From Bacillales bacterium UBA5348 (GTDB taxonomy: Bacteria; Bacillota_I; Bacilli_A; RF39; UBA660), in contig DHQC01000015.1 of NCBI GenBank assembly GCA_002411005.1, positions 345 to 64,344 on the forward strand: DNA of 64,000 bases, written 5' to 3'. Under the pieces are notes generated by a model. That model worked only from the letters and a program-made list of their open reading frames with translations, made no database searches and had not been told where the DNA came from. Of the stretch, positions 40,325 through 51,530 are shown piece after piece. Made by a program: the position numbers and the translations under genes. Every line of letters begins with the position of its first letter. The first letter of the stretch is position 1.

Positions 40325-40679
40325 CAGTTTTCACCAACCTATCTATGATACCCAAATCATATAATTCTTCTTTAGTTATAATCTTTCTATCATAGGCCTC
40401 ATGAACTTTAATAACTTCCTCATCACTTACAAAATAAATTCTATCACTTTTTAAACAATTAAAATAATATTCATATGTTTCATCACTTGCCAATATTTCA
40501 ATTGCTTCTGCACAAGCAAGCCCCTTTTGCTCAATTATGTCATATATTCTATACTGTTTGTAATGAGCTTTAGGTTCTAGTCCCACAAACAAATGATCAC
40601 CGTTCTTTAATTTAAATCCAAAAACTATTACAAGTATAACAAGAATAACTATAATTCCATACAAAAACTTTTTTTCCAA
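40314..40679 (-). CDS. hypothetical exported protein
   Basis: N-terminal TM and CAEAIE..YYFNC, with RBS GGAGG before TTG. Confidence 0.6.
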   Translation of the reverse strand: MEKKFLYGIIVILVILVIVFGFKLKNGDHLFVGLEPKAHYKQYRIYDIIEQKGLACAEAIEILASDETYEYYFNCLKSDRIYFVSDEEVIKVHEAYDRKIITKEELYDLGIIDRLVKTDAK

Positions 40680-40806
40680 TTTGGACACCTCCACACTATA
40701 AACATTATACCATTTTTTGCTTCTTTTATAAACCCTATTGCAGTCAAAAGTCAGAGGAGGAAAATACTGCCACGATTAAAAAATAGCGTGATAACACACT
40801 ATTTAG

Positions 40807-42657
40807 TTAGAAACCTCTTCCGCCCCCTCCGCCGCCTCCGCCACCAAAGCCGCCACCGCCAGAAAAGCCACCTCCACCACCAGAGCTAGACGACATATTA
40901 CTTTCGGCAATTTTAGAAACAGAAGCTGTTCTTGCAGTATTAACAGTACTCATTAAACTTGCCGAAAAATAATGATCAGAAAATAAAATAGGATATAACG
41001 ACATATCATTGTTAATATTCATATCTTTAATCTTTATTTCCATAGCTTTATATACTTTTTTGGCAATTCCAAAAACAGTCGCATAAACTAAATACTTTTC
41101 CCATAAAACTATTTCAGGTAATTGTTTCTCTTCAAATCTTCCAAAATCTAATAAGAACTTTTTGAAAGCTTTCCATTTAACAAAATGATCATTACCCTTA
41201 ACCGTCCTTTTAACAAATAAGATTGTATAAATTAAAAGCACTATTGCGATAATCAAAGTCATAATTGTTAGAGGATGAACAATCATTAAATACATCGCTA
41301 TAATAAATATACCAAAACCTAACACACAATATAAACCACTTTTTATTTTAAAACCTAAAGACTCCTCATAGAACTCTTCACGTACACCATTCATTTCAGC
41401 AAGTGTTAACCATTTATCATATTTCTCCATAAATGTTTTAGCACTGGCCTCTGTTTTAGAAACCTTCTTAATATCTTCTAAAGCTACTTCCTTACCGTTA
41501 CCTAAATCATTTATAAACCAGTCAACTATAAAAGCCTCATCCGCTGTAAGTTGATTCCGAGCCAAGTCTTTTTTTATTAAAACATACTGTTTTTTCATTT
41601 TAGTTGAGGGTTGTTCTCTTACCTCAAAGCCTTTTTTTCTAATAATATCTAAAATCATCGCAGATAAAGATACTGTCGTAACTTTCCTCTTCATCAAGTA
41701 TTCAACAACCTCAGGACCATATTCAGCAGGAAATTCACGGTGATATTCTAATTTAAAATCAGATACATGTTCTTTATCATATTTTCTATAGGCATAGATC
41801 GCTAAAATTATGGCTCCAACAATCCAAAAGCCACTCAAACCCAATATTCCATAATAAATGATTCTTGCTTTTTCTCTTTCCTTGTTAGCTTCTTCTGCTC
41901 TTAATTCTTCTTCAACTAATATAGATTGAAGCCCATCCTCAAAAGATAGTTTACTACCATACGGTACAACATCTTTATCAAATGTTGCTCTTATATCCAC
42001 TAAATTATTAGCATATAAATCAGTTATAATAGCAGTAATCGTTTTATTACTTTCTTTTGAAATATTTCCTTCTAAAGGTCCATGAGCCCATACCCTTAAA
42101 TCACTAGATTCTTTTTGTAAATTAACGGTTATTTTGACATCTTTTATATCATCATCAAAATTATTCCCGATAAATGTCCAATACAATTCAGCTACATCAT
42201 TATGAATAACAATAACATCACTCAATAGATACTCAATATAAAATATCTTTGTACCGGAAGGACTGTAATTATACATTGTTAATGTTCGAATAGCAGCACT
42301 TTGTTTATTCGTATAAACAAATGAATCACCTAAGTTAGCAAATTCCTGTTCCTTAAAACACTGTAAAGAGTTATCTAACGAATCAAATGATCCTTTACGG
42401 TTAACGGACAAGTCACATACTTTAACAAGTTGAAGATTAGATGCATCATATAAGGAATATTCACCTTTATATGATAAATCCCTAATATATCCATTAAAAG
42501 AGCCAGTCAAAACAATTTGTTCTTTAACCAGCATATCCCCATTCGTTTGAATAGTTGCATCTATATACAAACCATCTACCTTATAATTTGGTTCTAAGGC
42601 ATCAACACTAAATGGAGCAAATAACAAAATTGTCATTAACAAAAATATCTTTTTCAT
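40807..42657 (-). CDS. DUF2207 membrane protein
   Basis: ELYW, WAHGPL, W.AFKKFL.DF and WEKYLVYA motifs plus a Gly-rich tail. Follows lemA. Confidence 0.92.
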   Translation of the reverse strand: MKKIFLLMTILLFAPFSVDALEPNYKVDGLYIDATIQTNGDMLVKEQIVLTGSFNGYIRDLSYKGEYSLYDASNLQLVKVCDLSVNRKGSFDSLDNSLQCFKEQEFANLGDSFVYTNKQSAAIRTLTMYNYSPSGTKIFYIEYLLSDVIVIHNDVAELYWTFIGNNFDDDIKDVKITVNLQKESSDLRVWAHGPLEGNISKESNKTITAIITDLYANNLVDIRATFDKDVVPYGSKLSFEDGLQSILVEEELRAEEANKEREKARIIYYGILGLSGFWIVGAIILAIYAYRKYDKEHVSDFKLEYHREFPAEYGPEVVEYLMKRKVTTVSLSAMILDIIRKKGFEVREQPSTKMKKQYVLIKKDLARNQLTADEAFIVDWFINDLGNGKEVALEDIKKVSKTEASAKTFMEKYDKWLTLAEMNGVREEFYEESLGFKIKSGLYCVLGFGIFIIAMYLMIVHPLTIMTLIIAIVLLIYTILFVKRTVKGNDHFVKWKAFKKFLLDFGRFEEKQLPEIVLWEKYLVYATVFGIAKKVYKAMEIKIKDMNINNDMSLYPILFSDHYFSASLMSTVNTARTASVSKIAESNMSSSSGGGGGFSGGGGFGGGGGGGGGRGF

Positions 42658-42696
42658 TGCAACCTCTTTCCAAAAAAAACTTGAACAAGTCAAGTT

Positions 42697-43266
42697 TTAT
42701 TTCTTAAATGATACTGTTGGCGCTACTTTGTCTTGTTCATCAGTTTCAAAGAAAGCCTTTTGTTCAAAATTGAACATCCCTGCTACAATATTACTTGGGA
42801 ATGTTTCTAACTTGTTTTTATAAGTTAAAACACTATCATTATAAAATTGACGAGCATAAGCAATCTTTTCTTCTATACCACTTAAATCACCTTGTAATTG
42901 TAAGAAATTTTGATTAGCTTTCAAATCAGGATAAGCCTCAGCTACAGCAAATAATCTACCTAAAGCTTGAGTTAATTCCCCTGATGCTTTCATTTCAGCT
43001 TCAGGTGTAGCAGCATCTTTAAAATTATTACGAGCTTTTACAACGTCATCTAATGTATCTTGTTCATGAGATGCATATCCTTTGACTGTTTCAACTAAAT
43101 TTGGGATTAAATCTGCCCTTCTTTTAAGTTGAACATCAATTTGAGCCCATTGATCAATTACCATATTTCTAAATTTTACTAATCCATTATATGTTCCAAT
43201 TACATACAAAATAAGTAATAATACAATAACTCCTACAACGATTAAAATAATTGTTCCTGTTTCCAT
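42697..43266 (-). CDS. lemA: LemA family protein
   Basis: WAQIDVQLKRRADLIPNLV, EAYPDLKA and ARQFYN motifs. Confidence 0.96.
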   Translation of the reverse strand: METGTIILIVVGVIVLLLILYVIGTYNGLVKFRNMVIDQWAQIDVQLKRRADLIPNLVETVKGYASHEQDTLDDVVKARNNFKDAATPEAEMKASGELTQALGRLFAVAEAYPDLKANQNFLQLQGDLSGIEEKIAYARQFYNDSVLTYKNKLETFPSNIVAGMFNFEQKAFFETDEQDKVAPTVSFKK

Positions 43267-43387
43267 TTTGAAACACCTACCTTTACTTATTTGTATGATA
43301 ACACATTTTTACTTATTTGCATATAATTTATTTAACTATTTATACATATTTAACCGCTTTTAAACCAAACTATTTATGGGTGATAAA

Positions 43388-43594
43388 ATGAATATTGATA
43401 TAAGATCATACATTAAAACAAATTTTAATAATTCAACAAAAAGCGATATAAAAAAGAGTGTTGAAGAAGCTATAAAAAAGGGAGACGATATAACGCTCCC
43501 TGGTTTAGGTTTCTTTTTTGAAATTATTTGGAATACTAGTGATGAGGATAACAAGAACAAAATCTTAAATACCCTCGAATCATATTTTAAATAA
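43388..43594 (+). CDS. sspI: small acid-soluble spore protein SspI
   Basis: IR..I..N...........AI..G....LPGLG.FFE..W pattern. Next to pheST, as in Bacillus. Confidence 0.85.
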   Translation: MNIDIRSYIKTNFNNSTKSDIKKSVEEAIKKGDDITLPGLGFFFEIIWNTSDEDNKNKILNTLESYFK

Positions 43595-45979
43595 TTATTT
43601 ATTACGTAAAACACCTTTTAGTTTAGTTTCTACTTCACTAATAATATTGTTTAGTAAAGCATTAACCTCATCATCGGTTAATGTTTTATTTGTGTCCATA
43701 AACGTTAGTGATAAAGCGATTGATTTTGAATCATCATCAATTTTATCTCCAATATAAACATCAAATACATCTACATCTTGCAGAATTTTTCCACCTTTTT
43801 TTCTAATAACTTTTATAATATCCTTCGCCTCAACATCTTTTTTAAAAATAAAAGCAATATCCTTGGTTATAGATGGAAATTTAGAAGTTTCTTTATACTT
43901 AAGGCCACCCGTATTATGAGAAAATAATCTATTAGTACTAAATTCTCCAACAAAGATTGGTAATTTATTGATACTAGGATGAACAGTTCCAAAGTAACCA
44001 ATAAATTCATTGTCAACGATTACTTCAGCTGATATTCCAGGGTGCATTTCATTAGGTATATTAGTACCTTTTTGAACAGTATAACGTCCATTTAAACCAA
44101 GATAATCTAACAAGTTTTCCACAATACCTTTGACAACATAAAAATCAATTTTAATGTTTCTGTTTTGCCAATTGTTATTGATATAATTACCAAACATTGC
44201 AAAACTTAATTTAGTATCCTCAATATAATCCTCATTCTTTTTATAATAAACATTACTGATTTCATAAATGTTTATATCCTTAGCATTTCTTGCTAAATTG
44301 TAATCAACTACTTTTAATAATGAAGGAATTATAGATTGACGAAATACACTCTTATCTACACTCAATGGTAATTGTAAAAGAAGCTCTTCATTTTTATTAT
44401 ATTTGAATAAATTACTTTCTTCTTTACTAATAAGCGAATAAGTTCTAACCTCATTTAATCCTAACGATCTCATACGATTTGAGATTTGTTTACAAAATGA
44501 GGTTTTAGGATTATAACCTCCTTGTTTCATTGGAGCGATTGGTAACTTTTGAACAATTTTATCATATCCATATAATCTTCCAACTTCTTCAATTAAATCT
44601 TCTCTAATCGATACATCCATCCTACGGTTTGGTATTACAACATTATATACGTTATCTTCTTCTATTACTTTAAAATCTAACTTTTTAAAAGAAGCCATTA
44701 TATCTTCATGTTTTAAAACCATTCCTAAAACAGCATTAATCTTATCCCTAGAGACAGATGCTGTTTTCGGTGTTTTATCAACTACATCATAACTAACATG
44801 ACCTTCCATTACTGTCCCTGATGCATATTTCTCAAGCAAATAACAAGCTCTTTCTAATGCTTCTTCAGTATATTCATAATTTAAACCTTTTTCAAAACGA
44901 AGAGAGGCCTCACTTCTTAAATCTAGTCTAATTGAAGTATATCTTATATTGTAAGGATTAAACATTGCACTTTCAATTAAAATATTTTTAGTATTAGAAT
45001 CAACTTCACTACTAGCTCCACCCATAACACCTGCTATACCTAAGGTATCATTACCATTAGTTATAAGAACATCATCAGCAATTAGCTTTCTTTCTTTACC
45101 ATCAAGTGTTACCGTTTTCTCTCCATCAGTAGCCATACGAACAACTATTTTATCTCCCACTTTATCTTTATCATAAAAGTGAAGTGGTTGACCATATTCA
45201 AGCATTATATAATTACTAATATCTACAACATTATTAATAGATCTCATACCAGCTGAAGTTAATCTATTTTTAATAAAGGCTGGAGATTCACCAATGACTA
45301 CATCTTTTACAATCCTTGTTTTAAACATTGTACAATTATCAGTCTCTACCTCAACCCCAAAGACATCTTTTATGTTTTCTTTTGATGGAGTTGTTTTAGT
45401 TTCTGGCAAAGTAACTGTTTTACCAAGAACAGCTGCTGTTTCGTAAGCAAAACCTAAATGACATAAGCAATCATTTCTGTTAGGATTTAAGTCTAATTCA
45501 TAAATAATATCATCAAGGCCTAAATATGCTAGTGGATCACCGCCAACTTCTGCATCTGCGGGTAAAACATGTATCCCTTTATCATAATTAGCCTCTTTGT
45601 CTTCTAAACCAAGTTCATATAGAGCACAAATCATACCAACTGATTCAACCCCACGAATAGTAGCTTTCTTTATTTCGAAGTCGCCTGGTAATATAGCACC
45701 TACTTTAGCAACAATAACTTTTTGACCTTTATCAGCATTAGAGGCCCCACATACAATTTGTAATACCTCAGTACCTATATTTACTGTGCATACATTTAAA
45801 TGGTCAGAATTAGGATGATCTGTGCGATTCTCAACATAACCTATTACCAAATTTTTTATGTTAGTTCCTTTAATTCCCTCAACATTTACACCAGCTTTAG
45901 TTATTTTTTCAGCTACTTCTACTGCATTTTCATCTTTAACATCAACATAATCATTAAGCCAATTTAAACTAATCCTCAT
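43595..45979 (-). CDS. pheT: phenylalanyl-tRNA synthetase beta subunit
   Basis: MRISLNWL, QIVCGA, PNRNDCL and DLIEEVGRLYGY motifs. Confidence 0.97.
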   Translation of the reverse strand: MRISLNWLNDYVDVKDENAVEVAEKITKAGVNVEGIKGTNIKNLVIGYVENRTDHPNSDHLNVCTVNIGTEVLQIVCGASNADKGQKVIVAKVGAILPGDFEIKKATIRGVESVGMICALYELGLEDKEANYDKGIHVLPADAEVGGDPLAYLGLDDIIYELDLNPNRNDCLCHLGFAYETAAVLGKTVTLPETKTTPSKENIKDVFGVEVETDNCTMFKTRIVKDVVIGESPAFIKNRLTSAGMRSINNVVDISNYIMLEYGQPLHFYDKDKVGDKIVVRMATDGEKTVTLDGKERKLIADDVLITNGNDTLGIAGVMGGASSEVDSNTKNILIESAMFNPYNIRYTSIRLDLRSEASLRFEKGLNYEYTEEALERACYLLEKYASGTVMEGHVSYDVVDKTPKTASVSRDKINAVLGMVLKHEDIMASFKKLDFKVIEEDNVYNVVIPNRRMDVSIREDLIEEVGRLYGYDKIVQKLPIAPMKQGGYNPKTSFCKQISNRMRSLGLNEVRTYSLISKEESNLFKYNKNEELLLQLPLSVDKSVFRQSIIPSLLKVVDYNLARNAKDINIYEISNVYYKKNEDYIEDTKLSFAMFGNYINNNWQNRNIKIDFYVVKGIVENLLDYLGLNGRYTVQKGTNIPNEMHPGISAEVIVDNEFIGYFGTVHPSINKLPIFVGEFSTNRLFSHNTGGLKYKETSKFPSITKDIAFIFKKDVEAKDIIKVIRKKGGKILQDVDVFDVYIGDKIDDDSKSIALSLTFMDTNKTLTDDEVNALLNNIISEVETKLKGVLRNK

Positions 45980-45980
45980 T

Positions 45981-47030
45981 TTATTCACCACCCTTTTTAT
46001 CAAACTGCACAATACTACGTAAATCATTATTATAAAATGTCCTTATATCAGTAATACCATATTTAAGCATTGCAATACGTTCAACACCCATTCCAAAAGC
46101 AAATCCAGTATATAATTCAGGATCATAGCCACTCATTTTTAAAACATTAGGATGAACAACTCCAGCTCCACCTATCGTAATCCAACCTGTTCCTTTACAA
46201 ATATTACATCCCTTACCACCACAATTAAAACATGATGTGTCAAGTTCAACTGAAGGCTCCGTGAATGGATAGAAAGATGGTCTAAAACGAGTTTCTCTAC
46301 TTTTACCAAATAAATGTTTAGCTAGGACATCAAAAGTCCCCTTTAAATCAGCTAAAGAGATGTTTTTATCAACAACTAATCCCTCAATTTGAGTAAATTG
46401 ATGAGAATGAGTTGCGTCATCACTATCACGGCGGAATGTTTTACCAGGACATAAAATCCTAATAGGTTCTTTTTTATCATTAGCGAGCATCGTTCTTACT
46501 TGAACAGGAGAAGTTTGACTACGAAGTAGCATCTCTTCTGTTATATAAAAACTATCCTGAGCATCCCTTGCAGGATGACCCTTAGGTAAATTAAGCATTT
46601 CAAAATTATATAAATCTTGTTCTACTTCAGGTCCTTCAACAATGTCATATCCCATTGAAATGAATAATTGTTCAATATCCTCAATCGTTCTTTCAAGTGG
46701 ATGTGCACTACCAATTGTTATATTTGTACTTGGCAAAGTAACATCAATAGCGTCACTCTCTAATTTAGAATTAATAACATCCAACTCCATCTTAACCCTT
46801 AAAGAATCAATTGAATCATTAATGTAATTTCTTAATTCATTTAGTGAAGCTCCCATTTCTTTTCGTTCAGCCTCATCAAAAGAACCAAGAGATTTACTAA
46901 GTTCTGTAATTTCACTTTTCTTCCCCAGATAAGTTATTTTCAAATCATTTAATTCTTTTAAATCAGTAATTTCATTTAATACCGAATCAAAACTTAACCT
47001 CAATTTTTTTATTTTTTCTTCTTTTTCCAT
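45981..47030 (-). CDS. pheS: phenylalanyl-tRNA synthetase alpha subunit
   Basis: [16 protein letters not shown] and [10 protein letters not shown] motifs. Confidence 0.98.
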   Translation of the reverse strand: MEKEEKIKKLRLSFDSVLNEITDLKELNDLKITYLGKKSEITELSKSLGSFDEAERKEMGASLNELRNYINDSIDSLRVKMELDVINSKLESDAIDVTLPSTNITIGSAHPLERTIEDIEQLFISMGYDIVEGPEVEQDLYNFEMLNLPKGHPARDAQDSFYITEEMLLRSQTSPVQVRTMLANDKKEPIRILCPGKTFRRDSDDATHSHQFTQIEGLVVDKNISLADLKGTFDVLAKHLFGKSRETRFRPSFYPFTEPSVELDTSCFNCGGKGCNICKGTGWITIGGAGVVHPNVLKMSGYDPELYTGFAFGMGVERIAMLKYGITDIRTFYNNDLRSIVQFDKKGGE

Positions 47031-47042
47031 TTTATCCTCCTA

Positions 47043-47266
47043 TAAAAAAAGCCCTTATATAATATAAGGACGAATTATCGCGGTACCACCTTAGTTCACA
47101 ACATAAATGTTATGCTCTCATTCTCTTAACGCGAGTAACGTTATACTTTTGGGCATAAAGCTAAAAAGTGAATTCATAAATATTTATTCCTGGTTTGCAC
47201 CAACCACCAGTTCTCTTTAAATAAATCTATTTATTACTACTCTTTTATTACCGCTATATACAAGTT
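47043..47266 (-). promoter_or_regulatory. T-box riboswitch (Phe) upstream of pheST
   Basis: Stem I motifs AGAGA and GGTGCAA, specifier GAA-UUC (UUC at 47172-47170), T-box AAGGTGGTACCGCG and a terminator with U-tail. Confidence 0.93.
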
Positions 47267-47346
47267 ATTTAAATTATAACACATATCTTTAATTTTAGTA
47301 TACTTATTTTATACACATCAATAATAAAAAGAGCCAGAATAGCTCT

Positions 47347-47976
47347 TTAATGTTTATAATTTTCTTTAAAAGCATCTTCCATAATTCCTGTGATATAGCT
47401 TCTATTTGGATAAACATCAATTAATTCATCTTTAAAAGATGCCGCTACAAGCGAAGTCCTAAAATACTCAAGATTATTTATTAATAAGTTATAATCCAAA
47501 ACAAGAGAGTCTGACGAACAATATTGATAAATAAAAGCTATTAAAGACCTAGTATTGCAATCTCTAAATGGGTGAATATGCCACAAATTAATTATTATTG
47601 TTACAATCTGATCAAGTTTTTCATCCATAGATAAATCTCTCAATCTAATATCTTTCATATATCTAAAAACACTTTTAACACTACAATCAATCTTTTTATA
47701 AGTTTCATATTGCAAACTTAAACCTTTTAAAGTAAGTTCTGATCTTTCAATGTCAATAAGACGATATTTTCCAGCCCAAGTATATAATGGATTATATAGA
47801 ACATTATGAACATGACACATATATTCTGGTTCGGCACTAAAATCATTTTTCCTTTGTAATTCTTTAAAGCCTGCTTCAAAATAATAACGCTCTGCAGCTT
47901 TACTTTCCTCACAATCAATAATATTAAGTTTGTTTTTTAATACTCCGTGTTTATTATCAAAATAAAAATCGATCAT
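47347..47976 (-). CDS. Fic family protein (variant motif)
   Basis: VLKNKLNI, WAGKYR and HPFRDCNTRS motifs. Confidence 0.88.
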   Translation of the reverse strand: MIDFYFDNKHGVLKNKLNIIDCEESKAAERYYFEAGFKELQRKNDFSAEPEYMCHVHNVLYNPLYTWAGKYRLIDIERSELTLKGLSLQYETYKKIDCSVKSVFRYMKDIRLRDLSMDEKLDQIVTIIINLWHIHPFRDCNTRSLIAFIYQYCSSDSLVLDYNLLINNLEYFRTSLVAASFKDELIDVYPNRSYITGIMEDAFKENYKH

Positions 47977-48007
47977 AATATCACCTGCAGTTATGTATTA
48001 TATACCT

Positions 48008-49150
48008 CTATTTTGAATAATGCAACTTATAACCTCCTTTGCCATCATCAAAGCCTATTACACCATTTATTATTAACATAAAAGCCGAAATATAAATAAT
48101 TGTTTTTAAATCAAAGCCTATCAAGACAAAAATAAAAGTAATTATGATACGGCTTATATTTTGTAGACCCTCAATTGCAACAGTATATCCTAATCCCTCA
48201 TATTGATGTCCTAAGGCATACAAATTACGATGAAAGGCAACATCATACATTTTATCAATAAGCCCTTCTGCTAAACCAACAAGCAACATTATTCCTACAT
48301 CTGTAACATTTGCCTTAAATAAGTATACAACAGCACCTAAAATTCCTGATACAATTAAATAATCTTTCTTATCCCGATCCATTCGCCTGGCAAAGAAATA
48401 AACAAAGAACATACTTGCAACACCAACCGATATATTAAATATACCGATATATTCATAATCCTGTTTAATATATATAAATAAAAATAAAGGAAATAAATAT
48501 CTGCTTACCATTCTAAATTGGGCTAATATCATAAACCAAAAACTTCTAATTGGCATAGAAGTAAGTACCTTAATACTACTTTCAATGACTCCTAAATTAA
48601 CATACCTCTTACGCTCTTTAATATAAAAAAGAGGTATAACACTTATCGCATAAAGAAAAACAATAATTATAAGAACTAATTCCATACTCAGATTATTCAT
48701 AAACCAACCACCAGCATACGAAACAGGTATAATCGCTAAAGTACTAAAGATGATAATATTCCCCACTTCATCAGCCAATTCTTTCTTAGGTAATACCTCT
48801 AAAGCATAATAATGTCTAGATAACCAATACACATGCGTACTAACTGCATGAAATAATGCAAAGAGAAACAAACTAATAATATTTAAATCAGCAATCAATA
48901 AAAAATAATAAGCAATCCCTATCGAAAAAGAGGTTACAATCATTGTCCATTTAAAAGTTATCTTTTTACCAATATGGCCAAGTGGTGCATTGAGTAAAAA
49001 GCATAAAGAATAATTTAACAACAAAAAAATTATAATATATTTAACTTCTAATCCCCTATTGTATAAAATAATAGGAATAAAACAATCAATTAACGATCTA
49101 GCTAAAGTTGATAAGAAAACAAATATATTAAATATTTTTTCTCGATTCAT
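48008..49150 (-). CDS. MFS-like transporter
   Basis: About 12 TM segments. Confidence 0.65.
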   Translation of the reverse strand: MNREKIFNIFVFLSTLARSLIDCFIPIILYNRGLEVKYIIIFLLLNYSLCFLLNAPLGHIGKKITFKWTMIVTSFSIGIAYYFLLIADLNIISLFLFALFHAVSTHVYWLSRHYYALEVLPKKELADEVGNIIIFSTLAIIPVSYAGGWFMNNLSMELVLIIIVFLYAISVIPLFYIKERKRYVNLGVIESSIKVLTSMPIRSFWFMILAQFRMVSRYLFPLFLFIYIKQDYEYIGIFNISVGVASMFFVYFFARRMDRDKKDYLIVSGILGAVVYLFKANVTDVGIMLLVGLAEGLIDKMYDVAFHRNLYALGHQYEGLGYTVAIEGLQNISRIIITFIFVLIGFDLKTIIYISAFMLIINGVIGFDDGKGGYKLHYSK

Positions 49151-49207
49151 TTAATCACCTACTTTTTTAGTATGGCAAAAAATGATATACTTATGTCAGG
49201 TGATCAG

Positions 49208-50140
49208 ATGAATCCTTTTATATATTCGAATGACAATAAACGATATCACACATTAAATTATTATTATAAAAAGCTTTTTAATACAAGAGTATCTAAGATA
49301 AGTTTAGATGCTCATTTTACATGTCCTAACTTAGATGGAAAAGTAGGATTTGGAGGTTGTATATATTGTAAACAATCCCCTAATCCAAATAATTTAATTG
49401 AACAATTTGAGATACAAAAAAGAATAATAGACCATAAATGGCCCAACAGTAAATATATTGGTTATTTTCAATCAAACACTAACACTTATGCTACTTTAAA
49501 TATTCTAAAAGATAAGTACGAGTCCGTCTTAAATCTTCCTAATATAATTGGTCTAAACATTTCAACAAGACCTGATTCTATTAACGATGACGTTTTAGAA
49601 TATTTAGAAGAATTAAACAAAAAGACGTATTTAACAATCGAATTAGGCCTTCAAACAATTCATGAGAAGACTGCTAAATTAATCAATCGCTGCCATACTT
49701 TAGAATGTTTCACCGAAATGGTTACTAAATTAAGAGAAAAAAATATAAACATTGTTGTTCATATTATTAATGGTTTGCCCTATGAAACAGAAGATATGAT
49801 GTTGGAAACAGTTAAATTTTTAAGTAAATTAGATATCCAAGGAATAAAAATTCACATGCTACATATCGTATCTAATACACCATTAGAGCATCTTTATAAT
49901 AAGCAAAAATTTCACATTCTAACATTAGAAGAATATATAAGTATTGTTTGTAATCAACTAGAACTTTTACCTGCTAATATAGTTATTCATAGATTAACAG
50001 GCGATCCAATTAAAGAGGATTTGATTCAACCACAATGGGTTATAAAAAAAGTAAATGTCTTAAACGGAATTGACAAAGAATTAGCAAAGAGAAATACTTA
50101 TCAAGGCATTTTTGCAAAGGGAAAACAAAAAGTTCAATAA
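49208..50140 (+). CDS. ytqA: TIGR01212 radical SAM protein (YtqA/YhcC family)
   Basis: CPNLDG..G.GGCIYC, TRPD, ELGLQT and RLTGD motifs. Confidence 0.9.
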   Translation: MNPFIYSNDNKRYHTLNYYYKKLFNTRVSKISLDAHFTCPNLDGKVGFGGCIYCKQSPNPNNLIEQFEIQKRIIDHKWPNSKYIGYFQSNTNTYATLNILKDKYESVLNLPNIIGLNISTRPDSINDDVLEYLEELNKKTYLTIELGLQTIHEKTAKLINRCHTLECFTEMVTKLREKNINIVVHIINGLPYETEDMMLETVKFLSKLDIQGIKIHMLHIVSNTPLEHLYNKQKFHILTLEEYISIVCNQLELLPANIVIHRLTGDPIKEDLIQPQWVIKKVNVLNGIDKELAKRNTYQGIFAKGKQKVQ

Positions 50141-50149
50141 TTTGAACTT

Positions 50150-51040
50150 TTATTTTTTTGTTTTATCCATCATTTCAACTGCTGAAGTTACAAACGTTGC
50201 CATATTTTGTAATTCTGCAGGAATGATTATTTTAGTTGATTGACCATCTGCTACTTTAGCAAAAGTTTCAAAACTCTTTAATGCTAAAACTGCTTGATCA
50301 GCCTTGGCATCTTTTAATAGTGTTAATCCTTGTGCCGTTGCTTCTTGAACCTTAACAATTGCTTCAGCTTCACCCTCAGCTTCCCTTATTTGTACTTCTT
50401 TATTAGCCTCCGCTACTAAAATAGCACTTTCTTTTTCACCTTCAGCTCTAAGTATTGCAGCTCTTTTTTCACCTTCAGCTCTAATAATCGCTTCACGTCT
50501 TTCACGTTCAGCACGCATTTGCTTCTCCATAGCTTCTTGAATATCGTGTGGAGGAAGAATGTTTTTAACTTCTACACGATTCACTTTAATTCCCCATGGA
50601 TCAGTTGCTTCATCTAAGATTAATCTCATTTTAGTATTTATAACATCTCTAGATGTTAAAGTTTGATCTAATTCTAAATCACCAATAATATTACGTAGCG
50701 TTGTTGCTGTTAGGTTTTCAATAGCATTTATTGGATTTTCTACACCATAAGTATATAATTTAGGATCAGTTATTTGAAAATAAACAACTGTATCAATTTG
50801 CATCGTAACATTATCTTTCGTAATAACTGGTTGCGGTGCAAAGTCACGAACTTTTTCTTTTAATGAAACAGTATTAGCTATCTTTTCAATAAAAGGTATT
50901 TTTATATGTACTCCTGTTTGCCACGTTTCATTATAACGACCCAATCTTTCAATTACATAAGCTCTAGCTTGAGATACTATCCTTATGTTTGCTATAACAA
51001 GTATAGCAATAATAATTACAAACCATATCAATCCATCCAT
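50150..51040 (-). CDS. SPFH/band 7 protein (QmcA-like)
   Basis: ERLG, VITKDNV and QMRAERERR motifs. Confidence 0.95.
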   Translation of the reverse strand: MDGLIWFVIIIAILVIANIRIVSQARAYVIERLGRYNETWQTGVHIKIPFIEKIANTVSLKEKVRDFAPQPVITKDNVTMQIDTVVYFQITDPKLYTYGVENPINAIENLTATTLRNIIGDLELDQTLTSRDVINTKMRLILDEATDPWGIKVNRVEVKNILPPHDIQEAMEKQMRAERERREAIIRAEGEKRAAILRAEGEKESAILVAEANKEVQIREAEGEAEAIVKVQEATAQGLTLLKDAKADQAVLALKSFETFAKVADGQSTKIIIPAELQNMATFVTSAVEMMDKTKK

Positions 51041-51041
51041 A

Positions 51042-51467
51042 TTATTTACCCTCTTTCTTTCTAACGATTAATTTTACTCCCTCAATAGCGAGTATTTCAA
51101 CCTGACTACCAGGTTCTATAGTTTCTTCGCTCTTAGCTGACCAGTCCTTACCAAGCACTGTAACACGTCCTAATGAATGAGGTGTTATTTTTGCATCTAC
51201 AATACCAGAACGGCCAATCACTGAGTCTAAATTAGTTTTCACATGATCTCTACCCCTCGTTATTTTTTTAACAAAAGGTCTTGTTAAAAGCAACGATAAT
51301 ATAGTAACAATTGTAAAAACTATAAATTGTAGCATCACATCAGAGGTGAAATATGTTGAAAAAAATGCACCCATAGCACCAATGCCAAACCATATTGTAA
51401 CAAAATTCGAAGTTAAGATTTCAACAATAATAAAAATAATAAATATGACTAACCATGTCAACTCCAT
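51042..51467 (-). CDS. NfeD family protein
   Basis: TM helices, GRV...GKDWSA and EGVKLIV motifs. Precedes the SPFH gene. Confidence 0.92.
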   Translation of the reverse strand: MELTWLVIFIIFIIVEILTSNFVTIWFGIGAMGAFFSTYFTSDVMLQFIVFTIVTILSLLLTRPFVKKITRGRDHVKTNLDSVIGRSGIVDAKITPHSLGRVTVLGKDWSAKSEETIEPGSQVEILAIEGVKLIVRKKEGK

Positions 51468-51530
51468 AACATCACTCCTACTCCATTATATTTCAATTAT
51501 ACTATATTCATTAAAAAGAAAAAAGAGTTA

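Noticed and set aside
40738-40806. GCAGT..ACTGC hairpin enclosing CCTCCT on the minus strand, as a possible riboregulator
   Set aside because: Only a short stem next to a terminator, with no promoter or family match. Evidence is insufficient.
40810-40885. GC-rich CCG/CCA repeat tract
   Set aside because: It encodes the usual Gly-rich tail of DUF2207 proteins.
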